Source of the DNA: Akkermansia muciniphila | GTDB taxonomy: Bacteria; Verrucomicrobiota; Verrucomicrobiia; Limisphaerales; SIAT01 | NCBI GenBank assembly: GCA_945860945.1 | Contig: CAMASG010000004.1 | Coordinates: 1 to 62,598, forward strand | Length of the DNA: 62,598 nucleotides | Direction: 5' to 3' | In this document: piece after piece, positions 7,424 through 16,293 of the stretch | Position numbering within the stretch: position 1 is the first letter of the stretch | Layout of the letters: each line of letters opens with the position of its first letter | Program-made: the position numbers and the translations under genes | Notes under the pieces: model-generated | What the model saw: only the letters and a program-made list of their open reading frames with translations | The model's database searches: none | What the model was told of the DNA's origin: nothing

Positions 7424-8551
7424 ATGAGCAAACCCATGTTGACAGTTCCGGAGACCGGTTGTGGTTTCCTTGAAGTTGCAGAGAAAGGCTTCGGCTTCCT
7501 CCGTTCGCCGGAGAATCGTTTCCAGCCCAAGCCGACCGATATTTTCGTGACGCCGGATACCATCAAGCGATGCTTCCTGCGCGAAGGGTGCAAGGTGGCC
7601 GGCAAGCTGCAACCGCCGCACCGCGGCAACAGCCCGCAGATGAAAGAGGTTCAGTCGGTGAACGACATGCCGTTCGAGGAGTTCATCCAAGCCGTGCGCT
7701 TCGAGAATCTCACCACCATTGATCCCATCGAGAAGTTCACGCTCGAGACCACACCTGACGTGCTCGAGACGCGCATCATCGACCTCGTCACGCCTGTCGG
7801 CAAAGGCACACGCGGCATCATTGTCGCTCCGCCGCGCACCGGCAAAACCACCATTCTCAAACAGATTGCCAACGCCATCACCATCAACCATCCCGACGTG
7901 TTTGTGATGGTGCTGCTGATTGATGAGCGCCCCGAGGAAGTGACCGATTTCCAGCGCAGTGTGAAGGCCGAGGTTGTCGCCAGCTCGAACGATATGGACA
8001 TCGAGACGCACGTGCGCCTCTCGCGTTTCATGATCGAGCGCTGCCGCCGTCTCGTCGAATGTGGTAAGGACGTTGTCGTCCTGCTCGACTCCATCACCCG
8101 TGTCGCCCGCGCTTACAACAGCAACCACGGCGGCTCCGGCCGCACGATGACCGGCGGTGTGGATGCCCGTGCGCTGGAAATTCCGCGCAAGATGTTCGCC
8201 GCCGCGCGCAAGATTGAGAACGGCGGTTCACTCACCATTCTCTCCACGGCGTTGGTCGATACCGGCAGCCGCATGGACGAACTTATTTTCCAAGAGTTCA
8301 AAGGCACCGGCAACATGGAACTCGTGCTCGACCGTAAACTTTCTGACCGCCGCATTTACCCCGCCATCGACATTCCGAAGTCCGGCACCCGGAAAGAAGA
8401 GAAGCTTTTTCCAGCGAAGCATCTCGACGCCATTCGCAAGCTGCGCCGCATGATGGTGGACCTCAATCCCATCGAAGCGATGGAGACCCTGCAGGCCGCG
8501 TGCAAGAAGCACAAGACGAACGAGGAACTGCTCGCTAAGCTCGCTTCTTGA
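7424..8551 (+). CDS. rho: Transcription termination factor Rho (short form lacking the N-terminal helical domain)
   Basis: GFGFLR RNA-binding motif, Walker A APPRTGKT, LIDERPEEVTD, LDSITR, EFKGTGNME; in-frame TAG at 7418-7420 rules out an N-terminal extension. Confidence 0.96.
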   Translation: MSKPMLTVPETGCGFLEVAEKGFGFLRSPENRFQPKPTDIFVTPDTIKRCFLREGCKVAGKLQPPHRGNSPQMKEVQSVNDMPFEEFIQAVRFENLTTIDPIEKFTLETTPDVLETRIIDLVTPVGKGTRGIIVAPPRTGKTTILKQIANAITINHPDVFVMVLLIDERPEEVTDFQRSVKAEVVASSNDMDIETHVRLSRFMIERCRRLVECGKDVVVLLDSITRVARAYNSNHGGSGRTMTGGVDARALEIPRKMFAAARKIENGGSLTILSTALVDTGSRMDELIFQEFKGTGNMELVLDRKLSDRRIYPAIDIPKSGTRKEEKLFPAKHLDAIRKLRRMMVDLNPIEAMETLQAACKKHKTNEELLAKLAS

Positions 8552-8588
8552 GGCTCGCCTCGCGTCGCGGTCGCTCATAATCTGTGGC

Positions 8589-9605
8589 GTGAAATTGCGC
8601 CGGAAAGCGCCGAAAGCCAGCCACGCCGCGCCCATTCGCGCCGCCCGCAGCCGTCCGCCTTTGGAGCGGATGCTGCGCATACATCAACTGCTCGCTGCGG
8701 GTGAGTTTCCAAACGCCGCATCGCTCGCTATCTCCCTCGAGGTCTGCACGAAGACGGTTCATCGCGACCTCGAATTCATGCGCGACCGACTCGCGTTGCC
8801 GCTGGTCTTCGTCGCCGCGCACAACGGCTACCACTACACCGAGCCGGTTGAGAGTTTTCCGGCGATGCAAATCAGCGAGGGCGAACTCTTCGCGCTGCTC
8901 GTCGCCGAAAAATCACTCGCGGCCTATCGCGGCACAGCTTTCGAAGCGCCGCTCTCCAGCGCCTTCAAAAAGATTAGTGCCGCGCTGCCGGATTCCGTTT
9001 CACTTCACCTCGCCGAGTGGGAGAAGACCGTTTCCTTTCACACCAGCACCGAGCCGCTGGTGAATCTCGAAGTGTTCGACCGCCTCGCCAAGGCCGTCGG
9101 CGCGCGCCAGCAACTCCGTATTCGCTATCGGAAGCCGGGACAGGCTGAGCCGGAGGCGCGCGTGGTGGATCCGTATCACCTCGGTAACATCAACGGTGAT
9201 TGGTTTCTCTTCGCCCACGACCATCTTCGCAATGACCTCCGCACGTTCGTCCCTGCGCGCGTGCTCGCCGCCGAACCGACGGGTAAGACCTTCGCGTCGC
9301 CGAAGAAATTCTCGCTGCAGGAACGGCTCCGCGACAGCTTCGGCGTTCATTCTGCAGAAGGGGATTTCAAGGTCGTGCTGCGCTTTCACGAACGCGTGGC
9401 GGATTACATCCGCGAGAAGCGCTGGCATCCATCGCAGGAACTGACGGAACTGCCCGATGGCGGTGCGGAGCTGCGCGTGCGCCTCTCCAGCCTCGTCGAG
9501 GTCACTCGCTGGGTTCTCTCGTGGAGCGGCGATTGCCGCGTGGTGGCTCCGAAGGAATTGGCCGAAACAGTCCGTGCCGCCGCGCGCAAACTGCTCGCAG
9601 AGTGA
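8589..9605 (+). CDS. WYL-domain transcriptional regulator (HTH-WYL-WCX; PafB/DriD-like)
   Basis: N-terminal HTH (LEVCTKTVHRDLEFMRD), RVVDPYHL...WFL...LRTFVPARV, C-terminal WHPSQ...WVLSWSG. Confidence 0.9.
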   Translation: MKLRRKAPKASHAAPIRAARSRPPLERMLRIHQLLAAGEFPNAASLAISLEVCTKTVHRDLEFMRDRLALPLVFVAAHNGYHYTEPVESFPAMQISEGELFALLVAEKSLAAYRGTAFEAPLSSAFKKISAALPDSVSLHLAEWEKTVSFHTSTEPLVNLEVFDRLAKAVGARQQLRIRYRKPGQAEPEARVVDPYHLGNINGDWFLFAHDHLRNDLRTFVPARVLAAEPTGKTFASPKKFSLQERLRDSFGVHSAEGDFKVVLRFHERVADYIREKRWHPSQELTELPDGGAELRVRLSSLVEVTRWVLSWSGDCRVVAPKELAETVRAAARKLLAE

Positions 9606-9637
9606 GCGTTCCGCACTGAAATGAGTGGAGGGTTGGT

Positions 9638-9685
9638 TTTCCATTTGTTGTGGTATTGTGAATAAGTAGCCACAACAGGTTGGGT
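9638..9685. promoter_or_regulatory. Two NrdR-box-like 16-mers in inverted orientation, 32 bp apart
   Basis: tttccatttgttgtgg (9638-9653) and ccacaacaggttgggt (9670-9685); they share a perfect TGTTGTGG/CCACAACA inverted repeat. Confidence 0.45.
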
Positions 9686-9692
9686 TTTTGAC

Positions 9693-9721
9693 TTTACAGC
9701 CATTTTGCCACGGCTTAACTT
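9693..9721 (+). promoter_or_regulatory. Sigma70 promoter of smc; predicted start site coincides with the ATG
   Basis: TTTACA-17bp-TAACTT; -10 ends 7 nt before ATG 9728. Confidence 0.5.
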
Positions 9722-9727
9722 TTCGCC

Positions 9728-12700
9728 ATGTATTTGAAGAGCCTCACGGCGCTCGGGTTCAAGTCTTTCGCGGACAAGACCACAATCCATTTCCAGCCCG
9801 GCATCACGGCAATCGTCGGACCGAACGGCTGCGGTAAATCGAACGTTTCCGATGCCATTCGCTGGGTGCTCGGCGAGCAGTCGGCGAAGGCGCTGCGTGG
9901 CGGCGAGATGGCGGACGTGATTTTCAATGGCACCGACAGCCGCAAAGCGCACGGCATGGCCGAAGTGTCGCTTACGATTGGCGACGTGGATGCCGAGCAT
10001 CTCAAAGCCGCCGGTGTCGAGCTGAGTTACAACGAAGTGACCGTCACGCGCCGCGTTTTCCGCGACGGCGGCAGCGAGTATTTCATCAACAAGACGTCGT
10101 GCCGGTTGAAGGACATCCAGCAGCTTTTCATGGGCACGGGGATGGGGCGCGCCAGCTACTCGATCATGGCGCAGGGTAACATCACGCAAATCATTTCCAG
10201 CAAGCCGGAGGATCGGCGGATGGTGTTCGAGGAGGCGGCGGGCATCACCAAGTTCAAAGCGCAGAAGCGCGAATCGCTCCGCAAGCTCGAGCTGACTGAT
10301 CAAAATCTATTGCGGCTCGACGACACAATCCGCGAAGTGAAGCGGCAGATCGGTTCCCTGCAACGCCAAGCCGGCAAAGCTCGCCGCTACAAGTCGCTCC
10401 AGCAGGAGTTGCAGCATCTCGACACGCAGTTCGCGCGGCACCAGTTCGACGTCGCGGTCGGCGACATTCGCGAACGCGAGGTGTCCATCGGAAAATTGCG
10501 CGCGGAAGTCGAGGTCGGCAACGAAAGCATCCTGCGGCAGGAGGACGAACTTTCCGCGCTGCGCGAACAGCTCAGCGGGCTTGAACAGCAGATCAACGCC
10601 GCCCAGCAGCAGGGGCTCGAGTTGAAGGGGCAGGCCGATCGCCACGAGAGCCGCATTCATTTCAACGAGGAACGGCTACGCGAGTTGGAGGCGCAGAATG
10701 CGCAGGCGTTGCACGAGATTCACGAATCCGAAGAGCGCCGCGCCATCGCCGAGCAGGAGCTCGTCTTGGTGCGCGAGCGTTTGGTCGAATCCCAGAAAGC
10801 ACTGGAGTTCAATCGCGCCGCGCTCGACGAGAAACGTGGCGCGCTTCACCGCGTGGAGACCGAGTTGACTCAGCGCAGCGACGCTCTGCGCCAGACGCAG
10901 GCCGCGGCGTTCACCGCCGCCCAGCAGCTCGCCCGCGTGCGCAACGAGATGACCGCGCTCGAAATCTCGAAGCAGGGCGGGATGATCCGTCTCGAGAAAC
11001 TTTCCTCCGAGAAAATTCAGCTCGAAGAGGAGCGCGCGCGGATCGAGTCGCGTGTGGCCGAGTTCACCACGAATTTCGAGACGGAGAAGCTCAGCGTACA
11101 AAATCGGCGCGGTACGGTTGAGGAACGGCAGAACCGTTTGCGCGTGTTGCAGCAGGAGATTTCCATCGTCACGCAGGAGCTTGATGCGCTCGTGCGCCAG
11201 CAGGCTGATCTGCGCGCGCGGCTGAACGTGCTCGAGCAACTCGAACAAAGCCACGAAGGTTTCGGTGCCGGTACGCAAGCCGCGCTGCGCCAATCGCAGG
11301 CCGTGCTCGGCACGCTCGCGGATAAGATTCGTGTGTCCGACCAGTACGTTGTCGCGATCGAGGCCGCGCTCGGACATCACCTTCAGATCGTGTTGACCGA
11401 GCAACCCGAGGCCGCGCAGCAGATTCTCTCCGACCTCGCCTCGCACAAGAAGGGCCGGGCAAGTATTGCAGCGCTCGCTCTGCATCAAAGCAGCACGGTT
11501 GCGACCGCCTCGGAATCTTTTGGCACGGCGGCGGCGGCGGTGGTCACTGCTGATCCGGCCGTTCAGCCGCTCGTCCAGCGATTGCTCGCGAGCACCATCA
11601 TTGTGGAGAGCCTCGCCGCGGCGACCGCTGCGTGGAAGCAGACGGATGGCCAGTATGATTACGTGACGCTCTCGGGTGAATTGCTCAGTCGTCACGGCGT
11701 TTTCACCGGCGGTGTGGCGGGTGGTTCAGGCAAAGCGCCCGGCTCGATTCTCGGCCGCAAAAACCAGATTGCTGAACTGCAGGTCGCGTTGAGCCGTTTG
11801 CAGGAGCAAGTGGCGGATGCGAGCCGGCGCAAAGGTGCGTCGCAAGCCGAGCAGACCGAGTTGCAGGCGAGCCTGCAAGTCGCGCAGACCGAGTTGCGCG
11901 CGCAGGAGGTGGCGATCGCCACGGCGCAGGGCGAGTTCAACGCGCTACAGAATTCCAATCGCGTCCTGCACCAGAAAATCGACACGGTCGTTTTCGAGAT
12001 TCAGAGCCTCGCTGCGCAGGATGCGGAAGGTAAACAGAAGTGGGCCGCTCTCTCGACGCAGCTCGGCGAACTGGAAGAGCGCGAACGCACCGCGCAGATG
12101 CAGGTCGGTGAATTGACCGCCACTCAAGAGACGCTGCGCCAGAATCGCGACGCGGCTCACGGTGACTTGGCTGAAGTGAAGGTGGCCGTCGCGACCGAGG
12201 AGCAGCTTTGCGCGTCGTACGCCAAACAGCAGCAACCGCTCGAGCAGCGCATCGCTGAATTGAAGTCGCTGGCCGAGCGCCGTCTCAGCGAGATTAGCGG
12301 GTTCACCCAGCGCAAGAGCCAGTTCGAATCCGAGATTGGCGATTCGCAGTCGCGCATCTCGGCTTTGCAGCATCAGCGCGAGCAGGTGAGCCAGAAGACC
12401 GCGGCGTTGCTCGATGAGAAGAGTTCACAGTCGTCGCAGATCAGCGGACGCGAAGACGATTTGCGTGAACGGCGGCTGGTGCTCACGGAAGTGCAGCAGC
12501 GTCGCGGCACGATCGAGGTCGAGTTGGCGCAGAAGCAGATGACCGCGCAGAACCTTCGCGAGCGCGTGCAGCAGAAATACGGACTGAACCTCGACGATAT
12601 CCGCAGCGAGTGCATCACCATCACTTTTGCCGATGAAGGTCAGCCGAAAGCTGAGACGCTCACGCCGGAACAGATGGCCGCCGGTGGCGCAGCGACGGAT

Positions 12701-13435
12701 TGGAATGCTGTCGGTGAGCAGGTCGCCGTGCTGCAGAAGCGCATCGATGAGATGGGTCCGGTGAACCTGGTCGCCATCGAGGAGTACGAGGAGACCGAAC
12801 AGCGTCACACATTCCTCAGTCAGCAGCACGCCGATCTCGTCAGCGCCAAGTTGCAGCTCGTCGAGGTCATCAACCGCATCAACACGCAGACGCGGCAGAT
12901 GTTCGTCGAGACGTTCGAGAAAATCCGCGACAACTTCCGCATCACGTTCACCGAGATGTTCGGTGGCGGCAAAGCCGATCTCGTCTTGCAGCAGGATGGT
13001 GACGTGCTCGAAGCGGGTATCGACATCGTCGCGCGCCCGCCCGGCAAGCAACTCCAGAGCATCTCCCTGCTTTCCGGCGGTGAGCAGACGATGACCGCCG
13101 TGGCGTTGCTCTTCGCGATCTATCAGGTTAAGCCCAGCCCGTTCTGCGTGCTGGATGAGTTGGACGCGCCGCTGGACGAATCGAACATCAGCCGTTTCGT
13201 TCACAAGCTGCAGAGCTTCGTGACGCACTCGCAGTTCGTCGTCATCACCCACAACAAGCGCACCATCTCCGCTGCGGACATTCTTTACGGCGTCACGATG
13301 CAGGAACGCGGCGTGAGCAAAATCGTGAGCGTGAAGCTACACAAAGCTGACGAGCCAGCGACGCAGCGGGCTGGCACGCCGCTTGTGCCGGAGCCGGAAG
13401 CAGCGAAGGAAGAGGAAGTTTTCATGGCGAAGTGA
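9728..13435 (+). CDS. smc: Chromosome segregation protein SMC
   Basis: FKSF, Walker A GPNGCGKSN, long coiled coils with hinge, signature LSGGE, Walker B LDELDAPLD, VITHNK. Confidence 0.97.
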   Translation: MYLKSLTALGFKSFADKTTIHFQPGITAIVGPNGCGKSNVSDAIRWVLGEQSAKALRGGEMADVIFNGTDSRKAHGMAEVSLTIGDVDAEHLKAAGVELSYNEVTVTRRVFRDGGSEYFINKTSCRLKDIQQLFMGTGMGRASYSIMAQGNITQIISSKPEDRRMVFEEAAGITKFKAQKRESLRKLELTDQNLLRLDDTIREVKRQIGSLQRQAGKARRYKSLQQELQHLDTQFARHQFDVAVGDIREREVSIGKLRAEVEVGNESILRQEDELSALREQLSGLEQQINAAQQQGLELKGQADRHESRIHFNEERLRELEAQNAQALHEIHESEERRAIAEQELVLVRERLVESQKALEFNRAALDEKRGALHRVETELTQRSDALRQTQAAAFTAAQQLARVRNEMTALEISKQGGMIRLEKLSSEKIQLEEERARIESRVAEFTTNFETEKLSVQNRRGTVEERQNRLRVLQQEISIVTQELDALVRQQADLRARLNVLEQLEQSHEGFGAGTQAALRQSQAVLGTLADKIRVSDQYVVAIEAALGHHLQIVLTEQPEAAQQILSDLASHKKGRASIAALALHQSSTVATASESFGTAAAAVVTADPAVQPLVQRLLASTIIVESLAAATAAWKQTDGQYDYVTLSGELLSRHGVFTGGVAGGSGKAPGSILGRKNQIAELQVALSRLQEQVADASRRKGASQAEQTELQASLQVAQTELRAQEVAIATAQGEFNALQNSNRVLHQKIDTVVFEIQSLAAQDAEGKQKWAALSTQLGELEERERTAQMQVGELTATQETLRQNRDAAHGDLAEVKVAVATEEQLCASYAKQQQPLEQRIAELKSLAERRLSEISGFTQRKSQFESEIGDSQSRISALQHQREQVSQKTAALLDEKSSQSSQISGREDDLRERRLVLTEVQQRRGTIEVELAQKQMTAQNLRERVQQKYGLNLDDIRSECITITFADEGQPKAETLTPEQMAAGGAATDWNAVGEQVAVLQKRIDEMGPVNLVAIEEYEETEQRHTFLSQQHADLVSAKLQLVEVINRINTQTRQMFVETFEKIRDNFRITFTEMFGGGKADLVLQQDGDVLEAGIDIVARPPGKQLQSISLLSGGEQTMTAVALLFAIYQVKPSPFCVLDELDAPLDESNISRFVHKLQSFVTHSQFVVITHNKRTISAADILYGVTMQERGVSKIVSVKLHKADEPATQRAGTPLVPEPEAAKEEEVFMAK

Positions 13436-13501
13436 GCGGGGGAAATCCCCTTCCTCTTGCCGGTGCCGAAGGCTAGTCTTCCGTCGCCTGCACCCTTTGC
13501 C

Positions 13502-15109
13502 ATGACTGATTCCTCGACCAATCCATCTCATCCTCGCAAGGCCCGTTCCTCTTGGCGCACGGGGTTTATTCTCGCCGGTCTTGCGACTGGGGCGCTTTGT
13601 CTATTTATCTACAAAGTGGGTTTTGGCAACACCGCCACCGTTGAGCAAGCGAAGCAGATTAAATTGGATCAAGCCGCGGTGCGCGTTTATCGCGAGGGAC
13701 TGCAGCGCGTGGTCGAGTATGTGGAGAAGACGCCGGCGCTGTTTCCGGAAACGAAACTCAGTGAGTCGCGCATTCTAAAACGCGAGGAGAAAGAACAGGT
13801 CTGGGCGGCGTGGAAGCGATATCTCGATTACCTTGTGGCGCTCGATGCGCTCAGCCAGCGGCACGCCGGCTATTGGAAGCTGGATGGCGCTGAGCGGGAG
13901 GAATCGTTCCTCATCGCTTACGCCGCGCACGCGGCCAAGCATCGCTTCACACTCCAGCTAGTTCATCGCCTCGCCAGCGATCCGGGCTTCGACACGATGC
14001 TCAATGAGCCGGTGCCGGAGCTTGGCTTGCCGTCGGGTGTTTTTGCCAAGCTCAAGTTCCGTTTCGTCAATGTTATCACGGCCGGTGAATTCGCCGCGTG
14101 GGAGGCGATTTACAAAGCCGACCGCGGCCGGCTTTCGCCGGAGTTGCGCGCGATCATCGATGCCGATGCCGAGGTGATCTGGAATTTCGGCAAGGGGCGC
14201 GGCGAAAAGCTGCTGCTTAAGAACGCGCTGCAGATCGTCAAATCCACCGCGCGTCAGGCGGTGTTGCCGGCGCAGGCCAGCATCTCCGAGTGGATGGGCG
14301 ACACGAAAGTGGCGAGGCTGAATCGCTCGCTGATTTCCGCCGAGCAAATCGCCGTGCTGCTGCCCAAGCTCGAGCCGGGCGATATTCTGCTCGAGCGGCG
14401 TTCGTGGTATCTTTCGAACATCGGCCTGCCCGGTTTCTGGCCGCACGCGGCACTGTTCATCGGTACGCCGGAGGTGCGAAAGAAGTTTTTCGACGACGTT
14501 GAGGTTCGCGAGTGGGTGAAGACGCAAGGCCGTCCGGATGGCGATTTCGAGGCGCTGTTGTTGGAGAAATATCCGCAAGCCTACGCGCTCGGAATCAAGC
14601 CGTAGGAGCACGATCACCGGCCGCGCTTGCTGGAGGCAATTAGCGAAGGCGTGTCGTTCACCACGATTGAGCACTCGGCCGACTGCGATACGCTCGCCGC
14701 GTTGCGCCCGAGATTGAGCAAGCTGGTGAAGGCTCGGGCAATCTTGCGCGCATTCCACTTCGCCGGTCGGCCGTATGATTTCGACTTCGATTTTCAGACC
14801 GACTCGGCATTGGTTTGCACCGAACTCGTTTGCAAAGCGTACGAGTCCGTCAGCAATCAACGTGGTTTGACGTTCCCGCTCTCGGAAGTGCTCGGCCGGC
14901 AAGTGGCGTCCGCAAACGATATGGTGCGGCAGTTCGACGAGCAGTTCGGGACCTCGGCGCAGCAGGTGGAGTTGGTGGCTTTCCTCGATGGTGTGGAAAA
15001 GGAGAACCGCGCGGTGGTGTCGGATGTGGCTGGGTTTCGCGCGAGCCACAAGCGGCCGAAGTGGTTCAACCTCGTTCAGGAGGGCAGTGGCAAGAAGAGC
15101 GACCAATGA
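13502..15109 (+). pseudogene. Permuted papain-like NlpC/P60 (YiiX/YebB-type) enzyme interrupted by an in-frame TAG at 14603-14605
   Basis: ORF1 carries LEPGDILL...GFWPHAALFIG (His half); the same frame continues after TAG with EHDHRPRLLEAISEGV...RPYDFDFDF...LVCTELV (Cys half). Confidence 0.75.
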
Positions 15110-16185
15110 TGGCAGGCGCGTTCAGTCGTCGGAAGATTTGGCCGCTGGCTGCATCGATTTGGATGCTCCTGTCGCTGGCGGTCGCCGCACAAATCAGCAA
15201 AGACGAGGCCGTCGTTTTCTTTCCGACCATCGCGCAGCGTGTCGGCGACGTGTGGGAAGCCGAGGTTCACGGCTGGATTTTTGAAGTGGAGCCGCGCAAA
15301 GCGTTGCTCGCGGTCTTCCGCAAAAGCGTTGGTCTTGATGAGTCGTCCGACGTGCAGACCCGCGCTATTTTCGCCGAGCGTGCGCGCTTGTTTCTGGCCG
15401 ACAACGAGCGCGACAAAAAGGTGAGCGTTAAAATTGGAGTAACGGTCCATCCGCTTGGAACGTCGTCGGCCAATGGGCATTTCGCCGCAACTATCAAGCT
15501 GGGCGCGGATGACGTGAAGCGGTTGGTTGATTCCGTTGGGCGGATTCATTTTCGCGCCGTCACCGCGACCGGAGATCGCCGCGAGTTTTCCGGAACAATC
15601 CATTTGATGGAAGAGACTGGCATCACGGTCATCTCAGACATCGACGACACGATTAAGATGAGTCATGTGCTCGATAAAAAGGAGCTGCTGGCGAACACGT
15701 TTCATCGTCCTTTCAAAACTGTCCCCGGCATGCCCGAGGTCTATCGCGCGTGGTCGGGGCAGGGTGTGTGTGTTCATTATCTCTCGGCCAGTCCGTGGCA
15801 GCTTTATCCAAGTTTGGCGGAGTGGATTGAAACCGCGCGATTCCCAGCCGGCTCATTTCAGATGAAAGACTTTCGCTGGAAAGACCGGACGGCGGTCAAC
15901 TTGTTCGAGAGTCCAGAGGAATATAAAACACCAGCAATCGAAAGGCTGTTGCTGCGTTTTCCGAAACGACGGTTCGTCCTCGTCGGCGACTCGGGCGAGA
16001 AAGATCCGGAGGTGTACGGAGTGGTGGCGCGGAAGTTTCCTGAACAGATTATCCGCATCCTCATCCGCGATGTGACTAGCGAAGAATCTACTGCGGCGCG
16101 TTACGCTACTGCGTTCCGAGATGTGTCGGCGGACAAGTGGCGAATTTTCAAGGAACCTGCCGAGATTAAAGACTCGGTGAAGTGA
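15106..16185 (+). CDS. App1-family (DUF2183) phosphatidate phosphatase-like protein with signal peptide
   Basis: ATGA overlap at 15106; HAD-type ISDIDDT, YLSASPWQLY, VLVGDSGEKDPEVY. Confidence 0.85.
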   Translation: MMAGAFSRRKIWPLAASIWMLLSLAVAAQISKDEAVVFFPTIAQRVGDVWEAEVHGWIFEVEPRKALLAVFRKSVGLDESSDVQTRAIFAERARLFLADNERDKKVSVKIGVTVHPLGTSSANGHFAATIKLGADDVKRLVDSVGRIHFRAVTATGDRREFSGTIHLMEETGITVISDIDDTIKMSHVLDKKELLANTFHRPFKTVPGMPEVYRAWSGQGVCVHYLSASPWQLYPSLAEWIETARFPAGSFQMKDFRWKDRTAVNLFESPEEYKTPAIERLLLRFPKRRFVLVGDSGEKDPEVYGVVARKFPEQIIRILIRDVTSEESTAARYATAFRDVSADKWRIFKEPAEIKDSVK

Positions 16186-16270
16186 CCTCGGTTTTCGACG
16201 GCTATCGTGCACCGCAGCCCGCCGTTCGCTTCTTTGCGAGAATTCCATCTTGCACAAAGAGCGAAAACCT

Positions 16271-16292
16271 ATTAATACGCACGCGTATTAAT
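16271..16292. promoter_or_regulatory. Perfect 10-2-10 palindrome, putative repressor operator
   Basis: ATTAATACGC-AC-GCGTATTAAT ending 1 nt before ATG 16294. Confidence 0.65.
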
Positions 16293-16293
16293 T

